Shown here: one piece after another, positions 1 to 9,299 of the stretch | Position numbering within the stretch: the first letter of the stretch is position 1 | Layout of the letters: every line of letters begins with the position of its first letter | Source: Candidatus Culexmicrobium cathedralense | GTDB lineage: Archaea; Thermoproteota; Methanomethylicia; Culexarchaeales; Culexmicrobiaceae | NCBI GenBank assembly: GCA_025061115.1 | Contig: JANZKC010000002.1 | Coordinates: forward strand, 32,001 to 96,000 | Direction of reading: 5' to 3' | DNA: 64,000 nucleotides | The notes under the pieces: model-generated | Database searches by the model: none | The model's input: the letters and a program-made list of their open reading frames with translations, nothing else | Told to the model about the DNA's origin: nothing | Program-made: the position numbers and the translations under genes

Positions 1-1618
1 AGGTTGTTCTCCCTTTCATTACTTCCTTCAAGTCTTCAACTAAAGCTTTCTCCGTTTCAGCATCCAAATTTGAGGTCGGATCATCCAAAATTAATATTCT
101 CGGATTGGTTAGTAATGCCCTTGCTATGGCCAGCCTTTGCCTTTGACCTCCTGAAAGCGTAACCCCCCTCTCACCTATAACGGTATCATACTTCCTAGGC
201 AAGGTCATTATAAAATCATGAATTTTTGCAGCTTTAGCTGCAGCAATTATGTCCTCCATCGAAGCATCAGGCTGCCCAAAAGCAATATTTTCTTTAATTG
301 TTCCGCTGAAAAGAAATGGTTCCTGAGAAACGAAGGCAACTTGCCTTCTTAATGACTTAAGCTTAACATCCCTAATATCGACATTATCAATTAATATCCT
401 ACCTCTATCCGGGTCGTAAAATCTCGGAATAAGCCTTATCAACGTGCTTTTCCCTGAGCCAGGTGGACCCAATAAAACTACCTTCTCGCCCGGATTAACT
501 TTAAATGAAATATTTTTGAGGACAGGTTTACCTTTAATATAGCTGAAAGTTACATCTTCAAATTTAACTTCACCTTTCACAGGCGGAAGCTCTATTGCAT
601 TTGGCTTTTCTTTAACTTCAGGAAGCCTCTCCATTATTTCAAATAATCTTTGAGCTGCAGTCATTGATCTTTGAAAACCGCTAATAAAGAATCCCAAGGC
701 CCTCATCGGCCACATTAACATAAGCAAGTATGAATTAAATGCAGTTAACTCGCCAATCGTAAATTCTCCTCCAATTATCGCATAACCACCATACAGAAGA
801 ATGAAAGCCATTCCCAACCCCAATATCAAGCGACCGCAATAACCATAAATCGACCTAATCTTAGCTGCCTTAACATTTAATTCAAAAAGCCTGTCATTCT
901 CCCTCGAAAACCTCTCCAATTCAAAATCCTCAATTGCCAATGCCTTAACTGTCTTTATTCCACTTAAATTGCTGTTAACTATTGACGTTAAAACGCCAAT
1001 TTGATACCTTATGGTTGAGTAAAGTGGTCTAATCATGGAGCTATACTTCAAATTCACGATAATCATCACAGGCAGTATGAGCATGGTCAACAGGGAAAGC
1101 TTAAAGTTCATCTGAAACATGTAGACATAAGCCAAAATAGTAAGAGTTATCGCATTTATAAAGCTCCTTAATTGAAAAGATAAGAACCTTGACATAGCAT
1201 CTGTATCATTAGTTACTCTAGCAATTAGTTGACCGGTCGGAACTTCATCAAAGAAAGCGTAGGACTGCCTTTGAATTGCCTTAAAAACATCATTACGTAA
1301 ATCGAAAACAACATTTTGAGAAAAAAGAATGCTGGCATACCTTTCAAAGTAGCCTAGAAGGCTCATTAATGCCGTAACTATAATTATCAAAGCGGAATAA
1401 TATGGGATAACTTGGAAATTACCTGCACTTATCCCTTCATCAATTATGACTCTAGTAAACGAAGGTATTAAAACGCTTAGTAAAGATGATAAAAACATGC
1501 TTGCAACTGCAATTGCAAAATACTTTCGTTTCCTCAAAATATATGGTATCAACTTCAAAAACGTCTTAAAACTAGAACTTCTAGACTTTATCGTAACTGC
1601 GTCCACTGAAGTTTTAAT
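1..1618 (-). CDS. ABC transporter, fused permease/ATP-binding subunit (MsbA/Sav1866-like exporter); 3' end runs off the window
   Basis: Not in the ORF track; hand-translated in part. N-terminal TM domain, Walker A GPPGSGKST, signature YDTVIGERGVTLSGGQRQR, Walker B ILILDD. Start is ATT 1618 (5 nt after GGAGGTG) or GTG 1606. Confidence 0.9.
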   Translation of the reverse strand, partial: MKTSVDAVTIKSRSSSFKTFLKLIPYILRKRKYFAIAVASMFLSSLLSVLIPSFTRVIIDEGISAGNFQVIPYYSALIIIVTALMSLLGYFERYASILFSQNVVFDLRNDVFKAIQRQSYAFFDEVPTGQLIARVTNDTDAMSRFLSFQLRSFINAITLTILAYVYMFQMNFKLSLLTMLILPVMIIVNLKYSSMIRPLYSTIRYQIGVLTSIVNSNLSGIKTVKALAIEDFELERFSRENDRLFELNVKAAKIRSIYGYCGRLILGLGMAFILLYGGYAIIGGEFTIGELTAFNSYLLMLMWPMRALGFFISGFQRSMTAAQRLFEIMERLPEVKEKPNAIELPPVKGEVKFEDVTFSYIKGKPVLKNISFKVNPGEKVVLLGPPGSGKSTLIRLIPRFYDPDRGRILIDNVDIRDVKLKSLRRQVAFVSQEPFLFSGTIKENIAFGQPDASMEDIIAAAKAAKIHDFIMTLPRKYDTVIGERGVTLSGGQRQRLAIARALLTNPRILILDDPTSNLDAETEKALVEDLKEVMKGRTT

Positions 1619-1705
1619 CCCAACACCTCCCTGTAGCTACATACTCGTATGGAGCTTGATTATATAGAATATAATCATCCTAGATAAAAATGTTACGTAG
1701 ATAAC

Positions 1706-2832
1706 TCACAAACTATTACCTTTACCTCCATGCTTATATGCTATGGCGCAGGCACCTTCGCTAGAAACCATGCATGGCCCAACTGGATTTAGCGGATTAC
1801 ACGTCCTAGCAAAGAGCGGGCATTCCCATGGCATTATTAGACCTCTTAAAACATCGCCACACCTGCATCCCGGAGGCATTTCATAGCTCTCTTCAACCTC
1901 AAGGTCAAATTTCAACTCTGCATCATACTTCTCAAACTCACTTTTAAGCTTCAATCCCGAATTCGGAACCCTACCAATTCCCCTCCAGTCGGCATCGTAA
2001 ATGTCAAATACTTCCTTCATCATTCTCTGCGCCTTCACATTGCCCTCCTCCTTAACAACCCTCGCATATTCATTGAAAACATCATAGTGACCCTCCCTAA
2101 TCATTTGAATGAGCATCGCAGTTCCTATCAAAACATCAATCGGCTCAAATCCAGCTATGACCATTGGAGCCCTAAACCTCTTCGCAATCGGTCTATAAGG
2201 TTTAACTCCAATTATAGTTGAAACGTGACCTGGACAAATGAAGCCATCTATTTTAAGTTCACCGAGCCTAAGCAGGAACTCCATGACCGGCGGAATAAGC
2301 AGGTGAGTGCATATTATCGAGAAATTGCTGGGAGGCTTTTCAAGCAGAACTGCAGCTGTGGATGGAGCAGTAGTTTCGAATCCAATTGCAAAGTGAACCA
2401 CCTCCTTATCCGGATTATTAAGAGCTAACTTAACCGAATCCCAAATACTATACACCACAACAACATTTCCACCCATGGACTTAGCTTCCATAAGCGATTG
2501 CCTCGTCCCCTTAACCCTAAACATGTCTCCAAAAGTAGTTACTATCACGTCATTCCTCATTGAAAGCTCAACCGCCTCCTGAACTTTAACTGGAGAAGCC
2601 ACGCATACTGGGCATCCTGGACCTGCTCTCAAATCTACTTTAGAAATTAAACTTCTAATTCCAAAGTGGGTTATCGTATATTCGTGAGTCGGCCAGCCGC
2701 TTAATGCGGCTGTGTGCCGCACACATGCATAACTAGGAACCTATCCTCACCGCACAACCTATTTATATATGCAACCAACTTCTCAGCCAATTTCCTATCC
2801 CTATACTTTGAAATCAAATCGAGAAGTTCCAT
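1706..2832 (-). CDS. hypD: [NiFe]-hydrogenase maturation protein HypD, split by a 26-nt BHB intron (exon 1 2832-2714, exon 2 2687-1706; 366 aa spliced)
   Basis: Exon 1 gives MELLDL...MHVCG(T). Exon 2 gives HEYTI, GPGCPVC, GFETT, PGHVS, GFEP and the C-terminal CxC...C...C...PVGPCMVSSEGAC Fe-S motif. GGGGGTGA lies 5 nt before ATG 2832. Confidence 0.95.
2688..2713 (-). other. Predicted bulge-helix-bulge pre-mRNA intron, 26 nt (ACAGCCGCAUUAAGCGGCUGGCCGAC)
   Basis: mRNA GUG|CGGC|AC^A|CAGCCGC-AUUAA-GCGGCUG|GCCG|AC^U|CAC: 4-bp central helix, two 3-nt bulges, 7-bp inner stem and an exon-exon outer stem. Removal restores GGC ACU CAC GAA (G-T-H-E). Confidence 0.88.
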
Positions 2833-2846
2833 CACATTCACCCCCA

Positions 2847-3329
2847 TCAGCTTGCCAATGCATAATATAGAAGTGAAAATGCAAATGCGCAAACCGCAAA
2901 GTTAGCTAAATGATTATCATACCTTACATTTGCAATTTTAAAGTCCATTCCATGCTTAATAAAGAAATCCAATGTGAAACCAATAGTTCTAACTCCAGAA
3001 GGATTTAGCGCATCCAAAAGCCAGTGAAGAAAGACAGCTAAAGCAGCAACTACGGGATTAAAGCGAATCAAATACGCAACTATTGGAGCCAATGCAGTAA
3101 ACGTATAAACGCTATGCGTTAACCCGCACCTATGCTGAATTAACCCCTTAAACAAGTGGTCAAAATCAGGAGCTATACCAAATATTGCACCCTGAACTCC
3201 AAGAGAAATAAACGAAAGATCAACAAATGAAGCTAAATCGGATTGAATATCAACTTCAAACCCATATAGAAGCTTAGCTAGAATTACAGAAAAAGTCCAG
3301 CCCACAACTAAATGCGTGTACTTCTGCAT
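2847..3329 (-). CDS. Membrane-bound metal-dependent hydrolase (YdjM-like)
   Basis: TH, PDFDH, HRxxxTHS and HWLLD motifs in a hydrophobic protein; ATG 3329 after GGAG; 14 nt upstream of hypD on the same strand. Confidence 0.8.
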   Translation of the reverse strand: MQKYTHLVVGWTFSVILAKLLYGFEVDIQSDLASFVDLSFISLGVQGAIFGIAPDFDHLFKGLIQHRCGLTHSVYTFTALAPIVAYLIRFNPVVAALAVFLHWLLDALNPSGVRTIGFTLDFFIKHGMDFKIANVRYDNHLANFAVCAFAFSLLYYALAS

Positions 3330-3736
3330 TACAATCTCCACAAATGAGAAGCAGGTAAGCACTTATTAAATTTTGGAAGTTAATGGTGCAACCTTAATTT
3401 GAAACTTTTAAAAAGGCTTGATTTGAAGGTGCCCTAGAACCTACCTCCTAAAAAGACTTAGAAGCAGCTGAGCAGTATAGGGAAGAGATCGAGAGCCTGT
3501 CTTGCAACGTTAAATAAATTAGTTAACTAAGGAATTCATAGGTAATGAAATTTACAAGCAGTTTTTAGCTTAGGTAGCTAGAGAGCTCCTTTAAGTTAGT
3601 GGTTTTCCATTCCGTTAGTTTAGTTACTCTAGATGTTTAAAATAACTATGGACGCTGAGTTAGGAGAACGTTATCTCGTTCATATTGCAGTCTGATATCT
3701 GCTATAATTGGCCGTTGAGTTGGCTTAGAAAATTAC

Positions 3737-4570
3737 TTAAAATATGTTATTGTTTTTGGGTTTTATTTTGAATTGGCAGTATGGATCTCCTCTTGCTATG
3801 CATTTGGTTTCGATGGCGATTACTTCCTTATTAAAGAAGCTGCCAAACCATCCTGCCATCATTCCTCTAACGAGGTGTGATTCTGGCTTGTTAGATCCTT
3901 TGAAGAGTTCACATTCGAAGCCGTCATATATTTTCACCGTTGCTTCGCATTTATCTAAATCATAGTATTCAACTTTCATAATTCCGCTTCCTGCATGTTG
4001 GAATAAGGTCTGTGCAGTCTTAATCAGCTTCTCCGGATTCCTCCCCGCAATCTTTTTATGCGATTCATACGCTAATCGTCCAATCTCATATCCCGCGAGG
4101 TAAAGGATCATATCATATCCGGTGCCTATCTTCTCCCTCAGCACTTTACTTAATGCTAAGTAGTTTCTCTTGTAAAATATAATTGCCCTTTCACCGCCAA
4201 CCATAAATGGGAAGAAGTAGGAATCAATTGTGAAGCCATCGAACAATGGAGTAATAATCCTAACATCCTTAACGTATGACAGCCTCCTCAAAATTGTGAG
4301 AAGATTAAAAGCGACGTTCACGTCTCGCCCACTTAAATCAATAAAGACAACCGCATGAGACTTCCCTTTAGGATTAAAAGAGACAGCAAGATGAATGATC
4401 GGAATACCTCTTGAAGAAAAGGCCTTAGTAATTTGCCCCAAAATACCAGCATGATAAATCGCCCTCTCATCCAATACAAAATGAAAACCATAAACAGTCC
4501 TATTGGGAAAATGAACAAACAACTGAAAATTAAAGGGAACCTCCCCTTCAACCAAACCTATCATATCCAA
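3737..4570 (-). CDS. ACT-like plus V4R domain ligand-binding protein
   Basis: N-terminal ACT-like GILGQIT segment; C-terminal V4R motifs FEC...RGMMAG...ETKCIARGDPYCQF. Confidence 0.8.
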   Translation of the reverse strand: MDMIGLVEGEVPFNFQLFVHFPNRTVYGFHFVLDERAIYHAGILGQITKAFSSRGIPIIHLAVSFNPKGKSHAVVFIDLSGRDVNVAFNLLTILRRLSYVKDVRIITPLFDGFTIDSYFFPFMVGGERAIIFYKRNYLALSKVLREKIGTGYDMILYLAGYEIGRLAYESHKKIAGRNPEKLIKTAQTLFQHAGSGIMKVEYYDLDKCEATVKIYDGFECELFKGSNKPESHLVRGMMAGWFGSFFNKEVIAIETKCIARGDPYCQFKIKPKNNNIF

Positions 4571-5271
4571 TTTTAAACCTCCACGAAATAATGTATAAGA
4601 TATATTTTTAACAATTTATCTTACAAAATCATTTAGCCTAGGATACAATTAAATAGTTGTCCATTATGCTTAATATTTCACATAAGACATACTTTTGCAC
4701 TTGTTACCTTCACTTTCTTTTCCTTTCAGGATGCCTGTCTTATAGGAGTGTGACTGCATTACATAACGCATGAATCTTCGGATGGGACTTACAGCTACAA
4801 TGCTTTGAGTGATCATCATGTTCCATTTAGGTTGAATTGCACGGCTGTGATTTTCTACAATTACTTAACTACCGCTCCCTATCAACACCATCCAATGTCT
4901 GAGAGAATCCTAAGGAGAATTCATTCGAGAAAATTGAGATTAGAAATGGCGGGAGTTAAATTAAATGTCTAAGTAATAAGGATCTCAATAGGCTACTTAA
5001 AACGGCTAGAGAAACATATGCATTTAAAGAACAACTAAATAATTTATCAAAGTAAATTATAGCATAAAGCAAAATCCAATAAACTCTTTATTGCATAAAA
5101 TTATTATTTCTTAGTGTTTCACTTACTTTCTGCTTAGCAGTCGTTTTACTTTGAATTCTCTAAATACATTCTATGTTTACAGCATCCCTCGATCGTAGAA
5201 CGTATTTAAATCACCACCGAAATACCATTAAGTACTTAAAATTCCCTTCAAAATCCATTCTAGTGGAGAGT

Positions 5272-6522
5272 ATGCCAGCTAGAATCTCGCCAACATTATG
5301 CGCGCAGTGTAAGGGAAGTCGAAGGCTTTGTGGGAGAATTAAGTGTCCAATATTAGTTAGACTTGAAGCTCAATTGGATCTCGAGGAAAAGCTAAGGCGA
5401 AATGTAGTTTTTGGAGCAACGCCGCCGGAGATTCTTGTTGGAGAATTTGGGTACCCTGAAGTTAGAGTCGGTCCTTTAATACCTCCAATTCTTGATGATG
5501 AAGTCGCAGCAGAATACGGAAATCCTTCGAAATGGTATGGCAAAAAGCTTGAGGATATCATTAAGATTAGATCTAAAATTGTAAGAGCAAGTTTTAAAGT
5601 TAAGGTTAGAGAAGCCTCAACGCTAAGTAGTAGGCTTTTAAATTTAACTCAAGAGTTAGCAATGTCCATTAAGCCAGTCGATACTGAAGCGCACTTCCGT
5701 AAGCCTCCAACGCCGAGAATAGCTTTTGACGGAGTATTATCTCCAATTGGCCCATCAGCTAACATTAGGAAGTTAATTATCGCAGAAAATCCATCAGTTC
5801 CAAAGCGAGTCGAACAGGCAATATATGATTATGATGCTAGAGCCAGCATAATTGTTGGAGAGCTCTACGACAGAGGATACTCAAACTATTATTTAACACA
5901 ACTATTAACAGCAGGGCTTCTCGGCCAAAGACGCGAAAGACGCATAGTACCAACTCGATGGGGAATAACAGCCGTAGACTCCATAATTGGAGATCACATC
6001 CTAGAGAAAATTAGGGATTATCAAGAGCTCAACCAAATACTACTATACTCAAACAGCTACCTCGACAATCACTACTACATTCTACTAATGCCAGGAGCGT
6101 ATGCATTTGAAATGATCGAAATCTGGCTTCCACAGACAGTTTGGGTAAAAGAGGTCAAACCCTACATAGTAGAAAACTTCGAACTATACGATGGTAAGTG
6201 GAGGAGGAGCGACATAGACGGAGGATACAAGGCAATGCGACTGGCTGTACTAGAACATTTAAACAAGATTAAAAGGCAAGCAATGACCCTAGCAGTAAGG
6301 GAAATAGGTCCAGGATATTACTGCCCAGTTGGCGTTTGGCAAGTTAGAGAGGGGATGAGAAAAGCATTTCTGAAAAAGCCACAGAGATTCTCCAGCATAG
6401 ATGAAGCACTAAAAATTATTCAAACAAAAATTAGAGTAAAGCCTCAATACTGGATTAATGAAGCGCGAATTGTGAAGTTATTCAAGTTTCAAAGAAAAAT
6501 AACATCATATTTTAAGCAATAA
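5272..6522 (+). CDS. nreA: DNA repair protein NreA (Nre family)
   Basis: CxxCKG...LCG...CP N-terminus, VPTRWGITAVD, PVGVWQVRE, C-terminal PIP box QRKITSYF; ATG 5272 after GGAG. Confidence 0.9.
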   Translation: MPARISPTLCAQCKGSRRLCGRIKCPILVRLEAQLDLEEKLRRNVVFGATPPEILVGEFGYPEVRVGPLIPPILDDEVAAEYGNPSKWYGKKLEDIIKIRSKIVRASFKVKVREASTLSSRLLNLTQELAMSIKPVDTEAHFRKPPTPRIAFDGVLSPIGPSANIRKLIIAENPSVPKRVEQAIYDYDARASIIVGELYDRGYSNYYLTQLLTAGLLGQRRERRIVPTRWGITAVDSIIGDHILEKIRDYQELNQILLYSNSYLDNHYYILLMPGAYAFEMIEIWLPQTVWVKEVKPYIVENFELYDGKWRRSDIDGGYKAMRLAVLEHLNKIKRQAMTLAVREIGPGYYCPVGVWQVREGMRKAFLKKPQRFSSIDEALKIIQTKIRVKPQYWINEARIVKLFKFQRKITSYFKQ

Positions 6523-6589
6523 GCAAAATTGTTCTAGAAAAATTGTTGCATATATTAATAATCTTAAAGTTGATGCGAAAGAATCCATA

Positions 6590-8302
6590 TTATGAGATGA
6601 TGAATGGACGCTTAATTTTCTTCCTAACTTCATTTAGTTCAGCATTAATTCTATTTAGGAAGTCATCCGGGAGCTTCTTGAAAAGCAGTTTTGGTTTGGC
6701 AATCTCATGGCCAGGTTTTAAAGTTAGCTTTGCCGCGTAATCCCACCTGGAATCATGAACCGAGCCTTCCAACTTAAGAAGAGACCACAATTTTTCAGCT
6801 GTAAAAGGCATGAAGGGCTCCATTAAGATTGCTAAGGACTTCACTGCGTTGGCGGCAAGCCAAAGCGTAGTGGATGCATCTTTCAAATTCACCTTGATTT
6901 TGCGCCACGGCTCTTTTACATTTATATACTGATTGCCTTGCCTTGAAAACTCCAGAAGAGCTTCAGCCGCTAGCTTTAACCTCATATTCATAATGAGCCC
7001 ACCAATTTTTGATGGCGCTCTCTCAATTTTCTTGACGAAATCCTCATCTTCAACATCGAATTCAGCTGGCTCCGGAACTTTTGCTTTGAAGTACCTATAA
7101 ATGAAAGTGAGCGTCCTATGCACAAAATTTCCAAGGTTATCGTTTAGCTCAGCATTGACTATCCTATAGAAGTCCTTCCAAGTGAAGTTTAGATCCCTAA
7201 CTTCAGGCCTCATCATTATGAGAGCGAATCGCCAATAGTCAGCCTCAAAAAGCTCCAGCGCTTCATCTAACCATACACCTATGCCTCTACTTTTGCTAAA
7301 CGCTTGACCTTCAAACATCAAGTACTCTATGGCAGATATTTGCCAGGGAAGCACGTAGTTTTCACCCGAAGCGATAAGCATGGCTGGAAGGATGATTGCA
7401 TGAAAGGGAATGTTATCTTTACCAATAAAGTACACTGTTCTAGCATCACTATTTAGCCAAAACTCCTTCCACCTATCTGGCTCACCTTGATTTATGAAGT
7501 ATTGTAAAGTAGCTGAAAGATAGCCTAGCAGCGCTTCAAACCACACATAAATTGTTTTACCTTCAGCACCTGGGAAGGGAGCTGGAATTCCCCACTCATT
7601 ATCCCTAGTTACCGATCTGGCCTTCAAACCCTCCTTTAGCCATGACTTACAGTAATTTTTAACGTTATCCGGAAAACGCGGGTGATTCTCTACAAATTCA
7701 GCTAGCCTACTGGTGAGCTTAGGCAAGTCAAAAAACCAGTGCTTAGTCGACTTAATGATTGGAGGCGACTTGCAGAAAACGCAGTAAGGATCAATAAGGT
7801 CAAGTGGGTCTAGAAGCCTTCCACAATTATCGCATTGATCTCCCCTAGCTGACGGATAACCACAATATGGGCATTTCCCTTCCACAAACCTATCTGGAAG
7901 AAAAGTCTTACAGTTTTCGCAGTAAGGCAGGCTCACATTTTTCTCATAAACATAGCCATTTTCATAGAGTTTCATGAAGAACTTTCTAACAAAGTCTATG
8001 TGAACTGGGTTTTCAGTTCTTGTGTAATTGTCGTAGCTTATTCCAAACTTCTTAAAAAGCTCTACAACATAGTTATGCAACTCATCCGTTAAGACTTTAG
8101 GCGAAATGTTCCTCCTTCTAGCTTCAACCTCGATTGGAGTACCATGCTCATCAGAGCCACTTACAAAAACAACTTCCTCTCCTTTAAGCCGAAGATATCT
8201 GGCTAATACATCCGGTGAAACTACGCATGCAATTAAAGTACCTAAGTGTGGAATAGCATTAACGTATGGCCATGCTCCGCATATCACCCATTTTCCCATC
8301 AC
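6590..8302 (-). CDS. metG: Methionine-tRNA ligase (short form, no C-terminal tRNA-binding domain)
   Basis: [19 protein letters not shown], zinc knuckle, [18 protein letters not shown]. Confidence 0.97.
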   Translation of the reverse strand: MMGKWVICGAWPYVNAIPHLGTLIACVVSPDVLARYLRLKGEEVVFVSGSDEHGTPIEVEARRRNISPKVLTDELHNYVVELFKKFGISYDNYTRTENPVHIDFVRKFFMKLYENGYVYEKNVSLPYCENCKTFLPDRFVEGKCPYCGYPSARGDQCDNCGRLLDPLDLIDPYCVFCKSPPIIKSTKHWFFDLPKLTSRLAEFVENHPRFPDNVKNYCKSWLKEGLKARSVTRDNEWGIPAPFPGAEGKTIYVWFEALLGYLSATLQYFINQGEPDRWKEFWLNSDARTVYFIGKDNIPFHAIILPAMLIASGENYVLPWQISAIEYLMFEGQAFSKSRGIGVWLDEALELFEADYWRFALIMMRPEVRDLNFTWKDFYRIVNAELNDNLGNFVHRTLTFIYRYFKAKVPEPAEFDVEDEDFVKKIERAPSKIGGLIMNMRLKLAAEALLEFSRQGNQYINVKEPWRKIKVNLKDASTTLWLAANAVKSLAILMEPFMPFTAEKLWSLLKLEGSVHDSRWDYAAKLTLKPGHEIAKPKLLFKKLPDDFLNRINAELNEVRKKIKRPFIIS

Positions 8303-8345
8303 TTATCTCCTCGCGGCTCGCATAATTTAAGTGCGTTAGAAAAAA

Positions 8346-9209
8346 TTAAGTATTACTGGGCTCCTGAGAAGCGGCAGGCTCCATGAGCTTTCTCTTAAAC
8401 CTAACTGCGCCAGATTTTACGTGAGGAGTGCGAATCACCGAGTCAATTGACTTTTCAATTTCCCTAGCTTCATCAGCGAGCTTCGCTGCAAATCTCATTA
8501 GCTCATGTGCAGCAGCAACAATTGGAATATACTGCTCCCTACGCTTAAGTACGTAGCATCCCCTCGTCGATAGGCGAGCAACTCTTCTAGCAGCTTCATA
8601 GCACGCAATGGCCTTGGCTCTCGCGTATGGGTTTGTGAAGCCCCCATAATTGTTCACTACGAATTCCGCTGAACCAATTATTTTTGGAAGATCAACTTTA
8701 CCTCCAGACTTAATTTGACTTATAATGCGGTCAATTTCACTGACAATCATCCTAAACACGCCAGCTACTGCAAGAACCCTTAAGACATCGCTGTTGAATA
8801 GCACCATTTCAGTCGCATCCAAGAAATCCCTTCTAGCACCAATCATGGAGTCAGCTTCAACAATTATGTACCCAAATCCCTCAGACTCAAGCTCATCGGC
8901 AACTTTCTTGGCAGGCTCATCAGATATTATAATGATTGAAGCGTTAGGCAACCTTTTCCTCAATTCCCTTCTACCAGCAGTCGGCCCTTCGAGAGCAGCA
9001 TTTGGAGTAACAACTACTACTAGTTGAGGCTCAAACCTTGCAGCTTCAACTGAAACTTCAATACAGTCCTCTGGACTCATTTTACCGCCAGTGGAGTACA
9101 CTCTAACTTTAATGTCCTCCCTATTAGAACGCTCGTCCAAAGCTATCTCTAGTAGGGGAGAGCAACCTATGCAGCCAAACTTGACAACCGCAATTCTAAC
9201 TGGCTCCAA
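8346..9209 (-). CDS. mtd: F420-dependent methylene-tetrahydromethanopterin dehydrogenase homologue
   Basis: LDERSNREDI, PNAALEGP, DSMIGARRDFLDATEM, FTNPYARAKA, AAHELMR...ADEAREIEK...RTPH match the Mtd family end to end; TTG 9209 after GGGGGTGA. Confidence 0.93.
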   Translation of the reverse strand: MEPVRIAVVKFGCIGCSPLLEIALDERSNREDIKVRVYSTGGKMSPEDCIEVSVEAARFEPQLVVVVTPNAALEGPTAGRRELRKRLPNASIIIISDEPAKKVADELESEGFGYIIVEADSMIGARRDFLDATEMVLFNSDVLRVLAVAGVFRMIVSEIDRIISQIKSGGKVDLPKIIGSAEFVVNNYGGFTNPYARAKAIACYEAARRVARLSTRGCYVLKRREQYIPIVAAAHELMRFAAKLADEAREIEKSIDSVIRTPHVKSGAVRFKRKLMEPAASQEPSNT

Positions 9210-9299
9210 ATCATTCACCCCCCTAAATTAGCTTTCTAAAAATATAAGTATATGAGTGTAAGATTTGGTGAAAGTGACTGAATTTACGGAGGTTTGCGG

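Noticed and set aside
2688-2722. hypD as a simple pseudogene or programmed ribosomal frameshift
   Set aside because: The defect is a 26-nt insertion, not a 1-nt slip. There is no slippery sequence, and a frameshift would leave extra residues inside the CGTHE motif. BHB excision explains it exactly.
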